DNA of 64,000 bases from positions 1-64,000 of the forward strand of contig JAZDKZ010000007.1 in the NCBI GenBank assembly GCA_043802485.1, read 5' to 3'. The translations under genes were made by a program, and so were the position numbers. Under the pieces are notes generated by a model. The model was given only the letters and a program-made list of their open reading frames with translations. It ran no database searches and had not been told where the DNA came from. Numbering within the stretch: position 1 is the first letter of the stretch; each line of letters begins with the position of its first letter. Shown one piece after another: positions 1 to 12,000 of the stretch. This stretch comes from Candidatus Aenigmatarchaeota archaeon. Lineage in GTDB: Archaea; Aenigmatarchaeota; Aenigmatarchaeia; Aenigmatarchaeales; Aenigmatarchaeaceae.

Positions 1-3000
1 AGGGCCCAGAGGATCATTACACTCTACTTGGTAGGAGACCGAATCGGAGGCTGAGTTGCCTGTTGAGAGCGAGTTGAACTCATGTCTCCATTCTCCTGAA
101 CCATCTACCTTTTCCAGGGCCATCTCTGTCAGGAAGCACCACTGTGTTTCTCCGGTGTTCCTGATGGTGTACGGTATTGTTATGGAATCGCTCCTTGCTT
201 TCTTTCCAGATGGTGCTGTGTATGTAAGTTCAGCGTCTATGTCCACACAAGAACCCTGCTTGCACACTCCATCACCGCAGTTGGAATGGGACCACTTCAA
301 AGTTGATGTTGACGAGCACTGGCCTGACGGATAAGCTGTTTCCTCAATGATGCTGTTGCCTGGTGTGCATCCACCCTGGGTTTGTGAGCAGCAACATAAT
401 CCTGACGAGCAGCCGTCCTGGCCGATGGATGTGCCGGAGCATGTAGTTTGGGATGACCCTCCGCCCGTGTCAAATGACGCTGTCTTGACCCTTATCTCAT
501 CGCCGGCATCGTTAAGATAATACATGAACCACTTGCCAGCATCCCTGTCAAGGAAGACTGTTACCTCTTTCATATTGCCAAAGTCATACGTCTCTACTGG
601 AGAGCTTAGTTGGTCAAGAGATGACTTTAAAGCAGTCCTCACTTCAGTTGTGTGGGCTACGCGGTTCCTTATGAATAACGCAAGCTTGTCAGAGGAGAGC
701 CATGAAGGCTCGCATGCTCCGTATTCGCTCGGTGTGAGTATCCCTTTTGTAATAGTTAGACCGTCCTTGCTTGAACCCGATGCGAGACCAAGGTCCCACC
801 CAGCATTATAGCCTTTGGCAGTGTAGCAGACATACCACTTGTTGTTGGCTCTGAACGTTCCCAGTGGGAACAGCTCGTCTCCGTAGCCCCAGACAGAGCT
901 GTCAGAGTGTGACAGCACATCTCCATAATCATTAAAGTTATACCCGTCGCTTGAGACAGCTAGACGGACATCGCTGTCAACCGACTCTGAGGTCGAGCTG
1001 CCGGCATCCATGGCGCCGTAATAGAGAACAACATCGCCGTTCTCAAGGGTAGCTCCTGCAGAGAAGATGCCTTCCTCCTCGTTGTTATGAGGAAGATAAG
1101 TGATGATTGGGTTGCCGCTGTACTTGGTGAAATGAATGCCGTCCGTGCTTGTTGCCACACCAAGCGCCCTGTGGCGCGGACCACCATCAGTTGAACGATC
1201 ACCATCAGCGCCGATATAGTAGAGGAAGTACTTCCCGTCCTTTTTGACTACTGTGGTCGGCGATAACATTCCATCTAATCTAACATCCCATGAACCACCT
1301 GAACCCTCTGACAGGGCAACTCCCTTTTCTACCCAATCCGACTGTTTGGGAATTTCAATCTCCTCAGAGCCTCCTGATGTCCAGCCTGCACATTCTCCTG
1401 AAGCGAAGCTTTGCAACTTGCATTTTTCATCACAAGTTTCAGGTTCTATATATCCAGAACAGCAGCAGACACCTGATGAACACTCCCCATTATATATTTC
1501 TGTCCCTGTGCATGTTGGTTGCGTTCCTCCTCCTGTATAGGGTTGACCTACCACATAGTCATCTGGAATTTCCTCTGTTGAAACTACCCAGTTGTCAATA
1601 TATTTTGTTACAGTATAGAGTTCATCTTCTCCAATGTATGACTTGCAAGTTATACCAGTGTAATAATTACCATTAGTTCTTTGAACTTGGTTGTTTTCAT
1701 CTCTATATTTGAACTGTGCGGTATTACCAACGAAATCTATCCACAGTTCACCGTTTACCCATGCTTTGAAAACTCCATTTGAAGGGTGAATAGTCCTATA
1801 ATGTTTGATTGTCAACCACTGACCTTTAGGCAATGATTTTTCACTTGTAACGCTTTCGCCTCCACTAGCAAACCATAGATGTGGCTGTCCGTTACGCATT
1901 ATAATATACAGAGCCCCTGCATTACCTTTCAAGCCTGATACTGAATCAATTATATAATAATCGCTAAACATGTCCCAACCACCGTTAGATCCTGTTGATG
2001 TACGAACACCCAAATTGTAATCCAAAGGCAGATATATATCCTTGCGTTCCCAAATCTCAGTTAATTTGCCGTATCCCTGCTTTCCAAGATTTGAATTTTC
2101 ATCCAGCCTCAACATAACTTGCGACCTGCCATTGGTGCTGCCGTCAGCTGGTGCTTCTGCTGTACATTTCAAGCATTGCCTTCCGTGAGCCTCAACAAGT
2201 TCAGGCATATAACCCCCGCCTTGTTGTGTTACCTGTCCAACTATAGTCCAATGAGGTGCACCGTAATGCTCTGTGTTACCGTTGTTCAATGGATAAGGGT
2301 CTGTGTTAACATATAATGGTTCTTCATCAAAATCATCTTCCCAAATAATTGATGAAGTGTCAAAGTCGCCACCACCTCCTCCACCAGTACCAAAAACGCA
2401 TTCTCCAGAATAAGACGAACCTAATTGATTCTTACATGTCTGGTCGCATGATGCTGTTGTCGGGGTTTTGCATGAGCCGTCTGACTGACACTCATAACCG
2501 GATGGGCAGCCGCACTGGGAACATTTGTTGATTAATGTTCCCTGAGAGCAGTATCTCGGCTTTGTGGAGGAACACTGGCCAAATGAGGTTCCGTCAGAAC
2601 ATTCCTGCACAGCAGCAGGCTCTGTATAGCTGAACTTTATCCTGGCGCTTATCCAGTCCTCGTAGTAATCAATCCTGACAAGGTGATTACCTGCTGCAAG
2701 GTCTGCTGTGAAAGTATCCTCTGTGTAGGACCTCTTTATCCACTTGTCCAATTTCAATTGGCCGTCAATCCACACCCTGACCCCGTCATCACTGCCTAAT
2801 GTGAAGGTGTAAGTTCCAGTAGTCGGGAAGTTGATGGTTCTTCCGGACCTGAAGCCCACATGGTCATAGTAATTTCCGAAAAGCGGCTCTATGCCCCAGT
2901 CGCTGTTGAACTGCAACCTTGACTCTGTTGTCTCTGCTATCTTGTCAGTAAAGGTGTCGTCGCACCAGACCCTGTTCCACCTGTCGTTTGGATAAGAAGG

Positions 3001-6000
3001 TTCTGAAGGGCACGTCTGTGCTTGCTGGCACTGTATCTCCGGTGAGGTTATGCAGTTCCATTGGTTGTATTCGCACATGCACCAGTCCACTTGCGAGCCG
3101 TCATGACAGGTGTAATATCTCATGTCACCATAGCTGCACAATTGTTCGCCTGAACAACAGCATATTCCTGAGGAACAGCCGTCCTGGCCGATGGATACGC
3201 CGGAGCATGTTGACGAGGTTGTAACATCATCGACCAAAGGATGTGGGTAAGGGTAAGGCGTATATGTGAATCCGTCCTGTCCTAATGTTGGTGCGCGAAG
3301 GAAATAATCCACGTTTAGCGTGATTGGATTGCTTCCAATCTCAGGATAATGCACGTCAAACAAATCTGCCGTGGAAGGCACAAGCGTGTTATCGTATATC
3401 CAGACGTCATGCACCTGATACTGTGGATTTGAGTCTGGATTATACTGCCTGAGCTGTATGAAACCATTATAATCCGTACTCGGATCGTTATTGGGAACGC
3501 CATAACCGTTGTTGATGTTGTTAAAGATTATCATACCTCCACAGCAATCCTGTATCCCAATGTCTATAACGCTATTACTGAGACTTCTATCAATTGTAAT
3601 TATATTATTGTAAACTTCCATGAACTGACCTCCAACGGGACTAGGTCCAGTTTGATGATTGTGAAGCATACCATTAATCATAGTGTTATAACGAACTACT
3701 GCATGTGCTGCAGCACTTATGGTTACTGGAGAAAACCAGTTCACGAAATAGTTGTCCTCAACAACCCAAGTTTTGATTGTATACTGTCCAGCAAGGTCTG
3801 ATACGTCATCCCATACTCCAGTTCTTGAGGCAATATTAAGGGCGTACCACGCTGTAAGTCCATCCCAACCTTTTGGAACTATATTTAAATATGCAGGATA
3901 ATTCGTAAATTCACAATGGTCGATAACACCGCGGTTGTGGCCCCACACAGTAATGCCGAAGCCTGCCAAATTTCTCATATTAACATGGTCAAAACGGTAT
4001 TCTGCTGTGCCACTGGTTATTTGTATTCCAGAAGTCATATCTGGTGTTGATGGCTTTGCTTCTCTTTCCCCGACCATTTTGATGCCTGTGAAACGTGTAA
4101 GGTAACTGGATGAGCCGGAATACTCGAACCAGAGCGAGCCATTGCCTGCGGTATGACTCCAAGTTAAAGTTGTGCTCCAGGCGGTAACATGTCCAGTAGT
4201 GTCACGTAATGCCGGCGCACCGTAAATGCTGACTCCTGCGGGAACGTTAACTTTACCAAGCGGCGGAGCAGAATCAAAAACATATGTTCCTGCTGGCAAG
4301 TAAACAGCATACCCGTCTTTTGCGTTGTTTACAGCCGCTTGTATTGCCGTGTTGCTTCCGCCTGTCGCATACAAAGCTCCTATATTCCGTGTGTTCACTC
4401 CGAACACGACCGTCTTTTCAATACCTTTTCCATATACATGCAGCTCGTATTCTCCGTTCTCCAAGTTCATAGTCATGCCTGGCGCGTATGCTTTATTGGA
4501 GGAATAGAGCCAGTTCACTCCGTCGTAGATGTTCCAGTTCACTGTTCCATCGCTTGATATCTGCAGGGGTATTGATGATGTGGTATAATACTTGTTTGTA
4601 GGTCCTGCTATGCTGATCGTCGTGGCTGTTGGTGATGAAGTTGTTCCTAAAGATTGTCCGTCATTAACCAGTGGATGCGGATAAGGATAAGGAGTGTATG
4701 TCCAACCATCCTGTGCTTGATTGGGTGCTCTTAGGAAGTAGTCAACATTAAGTGTAATTGGGTTAGAACCTTCCCTATTAGATCCAGTACCCGTCACACC
4801 GGTTTTAACTTCCACCATATCGCCTTCAGGTGTCATTATGTTGTCCCATATGTAACAGTCGTGGGTTTGGTATTTTGTGTCAAATTCGTCCGGAGTGCCC
4901 TGTCTTAGTATAACGAGACCTTCCCAATCACCACTTACATCAGTAGGAGAACTATAGCCTATTCCCTCATTGTCAAATACAATTGATGCACCAGCTTCGT
5001 TTTGTATAGCGAATTTATTATCAGATCTGGTAATGGTATTGCCATAAACTTCTTGCAATCTTGAGCCTAAGCCCGTAGCTGTGTTGTCATGATTGTTGAC
5101 TGCTACATAAGTGTTCACCACTGTATTGTACCTGAAAACCTTGTGCGCTCCGTTGTTTGATGAGCATGCATCAAAATACCCCGAAAAATAATTGTCTTCT
5201 ACAAAAACTGTTCTGTGGGTATATTTTCCTGCAATACTGCTTATATCATCTTCCCAACTATTAGCTCCACTAGTAACTATCGCATAATGTACACTATTTT
5301 CATCCCAACCGCCTATAAAATTATACGGATCATTTTCAAAAATATTATGGTCCACGACGCCCCTCGCTCTCTGAAACTGCACAGTTGCAGTACCGATTAT
5401 ATTGCGGAAGTAGCAGTGGTCGATGCGGTATTCTGAATTGTCATTAATGATTATGCCTTCTTGTGTGGCTCTTGTATTTGAAGGGTCTATGTCCCTATAC
5501 CCAACCATCTTGATGCCGGAGAATCTAGTAATGTAGCTTGATGTACCAGAAAACTCGAACCAAGCCGTCCAATCCCCTGCATCATAATTCATAGTAAGAA
5601 CAGTTTTCCAATCACCATCATAGGAGCCAAAGATGCTAATGCCGGCAGGGACTTTGACTGATGTCCAAGGAGATGCAGCATCAAAGGCATATGTTCCTGC
5701 AGGAATAACAACAGCATCGCCGGGATTGGCCTGGTTGACTGCCTGCTGTATGTCTGTATTGCTGCCGCTTGCAGCATATATTACATTATTATAAGAGCCA
5801 ATATCCTGGTTGTAAGATGTTGATGTTCCTCCTGAGGTTGTGAGAGAGCCTGAAGAATCTGCCACACAATCCCACGAGCCGAATCCCAATTCATTGCATT
5901 CACTTTCACATTTATTCTCAGGTTCAATTCCAGTGTCATAGCAGCAACACAAACCAGAGGAGCAGCCGTCAGGGCCAATCGATTCCCCTATGGAGCATGT

Positions 6001-9000
6001 TGGTTGTGATGTTCCTGGTGTTGTTGGGTATGAGGTTGACGGCTGGCATTCTTCTATGTCCTCGTCGGTCAGTAGATAATATTTGGATGCTTCAAGGGCC
6101 TGGTTCTGCAATGACTGCCCGTTGCTGCTCCAATAGGCCCATACCTGGAAGCCAACTTTGTTTTCAACAAAAATATTTATCATTTCAGTTAGGAATCTGA
6201 CCTGAAGCGCATCAGTAGACGTTTTTCCACCAGTACCATCCCCTGGTGCCATTGTATTATCTGTTTTCCATGCGAACGTCTCTCCGCTCCAGCACCTCTC
6301 CGCGCCAAACAGCTCGACTGCCGGCTTTACCCATTTGGTTTCGTACCAGTGGGCCTTGCCCTCAGGCGTAAGCCCCATATCCCAACTATTCTCGAATAAA
6401 TATGGGTGGACTATGTCGAATATAACGTTAGGCTTGTTGGTTATTCCCAAAGACTGAAGCTCGTTATACCATTCATTGGCATCAACATAACTGAACTGTC
6501 CCATCGGGTATATTACCACCCTGTTAGGATCTATCTTATGGATTTCGTCTATAAGATAAGCGAATGCCTGCTGGAGTTTTGTGCGGTCGGTTATTGGTCC
6601 TACCGGACCATCCAATGCCCAAGTATCATATCCAACCCAAGTTTCTGATCCAGCGTCGTGGGCAGGCTCGCCGAATATTGCAAAGGCCGCTACCCTGTCG
6701 TCGTCCTTGTATTGCTGAGCCAATGCTTTCCAGTTGTTGACCCAAGCCCAGCTGCCTGCATAGTTTTTGCACGATAATCCATTATTTTGAAGAAGCAGTA
6801 TGCCCTTGGCACCGTAAGAGCTTATGATTTCCAACACCTTTTTCATCTTTGCCTCGTCGTATATTGAACCTCCATATGTCTGTGCGCCTGGAGCGTCAGG
6901 AAAAAAGAATCCGAGCCTGACAGCATTGACATTGTATTTTTCAAATCTTGTTTGAATCCAGCTTTGGTCCCACACCTCTGGTTCGCCATCATTATAATAT
7001 ATCAGGTAATCGTCCCCGAGACCTGTCAGATAGAGGCTGCTGTCGCATTCCTCTGTAGTTGCTTCTGTAGGAGTCTGGGTTGATGCTCCCAATGACAGGT
7101 ATTCGTCAACCAAACCTGCGGCAATCTTAGGGTCGTCCCATCCATTTCCGTCTGCATCTTCGTATCTGAAAATACCCCAATTTATTCGTCCTTCGTACCA
7201 TCCCCATGCCTTTGGCCCGTCCTTGTCCATGTAAACATAGACGAATATGTTCCTCTTCTTGGTCTCCTCGCCGAATATCCTAAAGTAGTCGGCCTGCTGC
7301 TCTTCTGAAAATGTAAGTACGACATTGTTCCAATTAGTATAGCTCTCGGTGGGGCAGCCTGTCTCACTAATCTGTATTGGCTTACCCTTTGATGCTGGAA
7401 TCAGTATTTCGTCCAAATCTGTTATCAACCTTTCTCTCATCTTTGGTAAATTATTATAGAATTCGTTTGAATTGTAATCTTCGAGGTAGATGTGCATATC
7501 CAGGACATCGACATTGTCTATGAATCTGCTAATCCAGTTCTTCCTGTCTTGTATGTAATAGCCTGCAGAGTCCTCGCCATAGTATTTCCACGAAAGGCCG
7601 ACCGTCACCTTGTGCGTCGGGTCCTTCTGCTTTATGTACTGGAGGCCGTAGTTTAGAACCTCTATGAGATTGTTGCACTTGTCTTCTGGGAAATCAGGAT
7701 CCATGCATGGCTCGTTGCATATGTCATAGCCCCATATGCCCTCGTGACCTATAAGATCATCAAGATTCTTGCTATCTATGTATGCTTTCATCTGTTCTTT
7801 GGAATGAAAATACGTCTGACTGTCATACTCACTTTCGTACATGGCGCCTCCGAGAGTGAACATTATTTGCATGCCGTTGTCCCTCGCTGTATTGGCCCTT
7901 TCAAGCATGTTGCCGGGAGACATTCTAACCCTGGTGACGCCTATGCTTTTGGCCAATGTCCAGAAGTCGGGTCTATATTCATCAAAATTTTTCCAGTTTA
8001 TTCCAAAACCTTCTCCAGAGGAGGAAGAGCCACCTGATAAGCATTCGCCAGAACCAAACCCTCGGTCAACACACTCTTCGTTGCAACTCTGCATAGGTTC
8101 CACATAGCTGAACGATACTTGAGCATCACCGCCGTTCTCGTAGTAATCTATTCTAACATTGTGGTAGCCTTGTGATAGGTAAGCATCAAAGGTGTCAGTG
8201 GCATAGGACCTGTCAGACCACTTGTCCAGTTTCAATTGGCCGTCTATCCAAATCCTTACACCGTCATCACTGCCTACGGTAAAGGAGTATGTTCCTGTTG
8301 TTGGTAAATTCAAACTCCTGCCTGACATGAAGCCAATGTAATCGGAATAGCCTGTTATCAGTTGACTAGTACCCCAGTTATTGTCAAACTGTATTGATGA
8401 TTCGTCTGGGTTATCAGCCAGTTTCTCATTAAAGTCATCATCGCACCACACCCTGTCCCATCTGTCTGCAGGGTATGAGGGCTCTGAAGGGCATATGTTT
8501 GTTATGATTCCAGAGCAACAGCATTGTCCTGAAGAGCAGCCGTCCTGGCCGATGGACGTTCCTGAGCATGAAGATTGTGTTCCTGTTGTTATCTGACTTT
8601 CTACAGCAATAGTTTGAGACCATATTTCACCAAGTCTGTTCAGGTTCCATGTTCCATGATCCCAAAGCTGTCCTGGCATATGGTTCCAAACACCATCAAC
8701 CTCCGCATTGTTAAGCCAACTCGTTCCTACGCCATACGTCTCAGAGAACTCTTCTACGTCTCGTATAAAAGCTTCTATGTTCGGATTGTCAATATGTGTT
8801 CCTACCTCGTCCCAAACAACGATTTTTCCCTTGTCTAAAAGGGATTTAACTCCGCTATCATATAGATATTGGTTGTAAGCAATATTTTTAGCTTCCTCTC
8901 TCTTCTCTTGTGTTAAGGGGTTACCGTCATTCCAGTATGCCACATTGCCTTCTTCCCAGCTAGGCGGCACTGAATTCCAGAGTTCGTAGTAATAATGGAA

Positions 9001-12000
9001 AGAAAAGTAGAGTCTGGAACCGGACGGAACATTGAATCTGTGAGCATGTTCTGCAATTTCGTTCAAATCCCAAAACGGAACACTACTCACACTAAAGACA
9101 GCATTAGGTTTAACCTGTGAGATTTCAGCCATAAACCTGTTACAGAAGGTAATATATTTATCCCAAAAATCTGCGGTAGCATAGCTGTTTTCATTACTGC
9201 CCTTAACCTCGTTCATTATCTGAATAATATCTGGGTTCAAACCCTCCACGTAGGTGCCATCCCAGTATCCGCCAACAATAGCTCCTTTACTCCATTCGAT
9301 ATACGTGTCTTGCATACCGTTGGTGTTGTAAATCACTTCTGTTTGCTTTATCACATGTACATCCCAATCGGTGTCTAACTTAAAAGTCCATGGGTAATTC
9401 TGCATGTACACCAAACCGCCTAAACGATGAATTTCTTTGGCATAACGCTGTTTATGTTCTGTCTGGCTTAATCCGTTTTTTTGTATTGGGAGTGGATTCC
9501 CCCAGAGATCAGTGTAAACCCCGGTGTAAATTCCGTTAGCACCCAACCCCATAACGTGCTGTGCTATATCTTCAGGCATAAAAGTATTGATGCTGCCAGC
9601 GCCACCGCTACCAGCAATAAACTTCCATTCACTAGGTGAATTAACCAATTCAGAAGTTACAATTTCCCCTCCAAGAACTATGTCCATTATGTCCTGCGAT
9701 TCTGAGGCAGTATACCAGTCCTTGCCTTCAGTATAATCATAATACCAGTCATAATACTCGCCTTCCAGTGCTCCCCAATGATGCCACTGCCTACCAGCCA
9801 ATTCCTTCGAGTCCATATAATCAACCTGATTCTGCAACTGCGTTCTCCACGTTGTCGGGTAAGCTTCCTTTCCATACTCTTGTGGGTCGAATCCATACTC
9901 TCCAATTATAAGTGGTTTACCGAAAGTATCGACAAGTCTGGGAACAAAAGTATCTATCCAGTTGGACCAGCTGTCAAAATCATGTCTTTTTGTTATGTAG
10001 GAATGGTCCTCCCAAACAACGCCGTCGCGATTTACAGGTTGAACATTATTGTAGTAAAGAGCTAAACCAGAACCTGTTGTCGAAGGGGTTCTTGTAACGT
10101 AAGGCTTGTCTATTATAATTATGTTCTTTGCTCCTGTAGCGTGAATAGCGTCCACGACATTCTCCATCAACTCGCTATAAGTATGACCAAGGTGTCTGTT
10201 CATGCCCACATCGTCTATGTACTCTCCTGCTAGGGGCTCGTTCATAATGCTGAACAACACGTAGGGATTGTTCTTGTAGCGATTAGCCAATGCTACCCAG
10301 GCATTTATGAAAGCCTGCCTGCTTGAATCCATTTTCGAGACATCCGTGTCAAAGAAATCTATCACAGTCTGGGATGACAATGATGAATATGAGCCTTGCC
10401 ATACCCAATATGGAACAGTGTAGCTTGCACCGGAAGAGAAACCTCCCATACCCAAAACAACGTACATATTATTCTGGCTAGCCCAATCAACGTATACGTC
10501 AAGCCAATTTTCAAGATATTCTGTATCAACAATATTTTTTGTTGGCATCACGTCTTTTAACAGTATGAGATGGACTTCAAAGTAGTTGGCCCCGTTAGCC
10601 TTCATGGTTTGAACATCAGTCTCAGTGAACCATGTCTGTTCTGGACTGTCTGCCCCATACGAATGATCCTGCTCATTTCTTCTTTCATTTCGATCCACCT
10701 GAGCTCCCTTAAGGTACACTACGTTTCCACTGGCGTCGCAGAGCTTTGTGTCGCAGACATGAAGCACTGCTGAAGAGGGGCCTGTTGACGAACCTCCTTC
10801 GTTTGAAGAAGTTGGTAACGATTCCAGCGATAAATACTCCTTAACCAAACCTGCAGCAAGCTTGGGCTTATTCATACCATTGACGACTTCCGGCCTGAAC
10901 AGACCGAATCTTTCAGTTGACCACTGATTTTCAAACAAAACATAAATGTTGACGAATATGTTCCTTTTCTTGGTCTCCTCACCGAGGATTCTAAAGTAAT
11001 CAGCCTGCTGTTGCTCAGTGAATGTCAGAATCCTTCCATCCCAAAGTTTGTAATCTTCGGTTGGTAAACCAGCTGCTATTTCAATGGGCTTTCCTTGGCT
11101 TGCTGGAATTAGGACTTGGTCAAGATTCTTTATTAGCCTTTCTCTAAAATTGTCCTCGCTACTTGAGAAGACTTCAATATTGAAATATGAGTAGCTGAGA
11201 ACATCCACAACATCTATAAACCTATTGATCCAATCCTTCCTAAGCTCTATGTAATCGCCTTGAGGGTCTTCATAGTATGCACCAGCAGAATCCAGCTGTA
11301 TTGTGACGGGATGTGTCGGGTCTATGCTTTTAATATATTGGGCGCCCCAACGAAGAACTTCTACAAGATTATCTGTAGCTGCATCATGATTGTTGAAGGG
11401 CTCATCACAGAGATCGTAGCCCCATACTCCAGGATGGTCCTTGTACTGAGCCAAATTATATCCGTCAATGTGCGCTTTCATCGCGGTTATGTTATCATAC
11501 CACGAATTGCAATTATCAGGGGTGTGGCATGAGCCTAACCCAATTTTTATTTTGACTCCATGTTCTGCAGCTTGGTCAGCCCATTCTCTTCTAGGGGCTC
11601 CGTTGAGCCTGTCAGTACCCATATAATCTAAAAGTGTCCAAAGGTCAGGCTCGTAAGAGGATGATTCAGAATAATAATTCGCATAAACGCCAAAACCACC
11701 TTCACTACTATTTGTTCCAGTTTCATCTACACATTCCCCAGAAGTGTATCCCTGGTCGAAGCACTGCTTGTTACAACTCGAAGTATATGATGTGTAGCTG
11801 AATGAAAGCCTTGCGCTCCAACCGTTCTCATAGTAGTCAATCCTGATATCGTGGTAACCTGCTGTCATGTATGCGTTGAATGTGTCAGTTTTGTAGTTCC
11901 TGTCACCCCAACTGTCCAAATTTTTCTGGCCGTCGATCCAGACCCTTACACCATCATCACTGCCAACAGTAAAGGTGTAAGTTCCCGGCTGGAAGTATAT

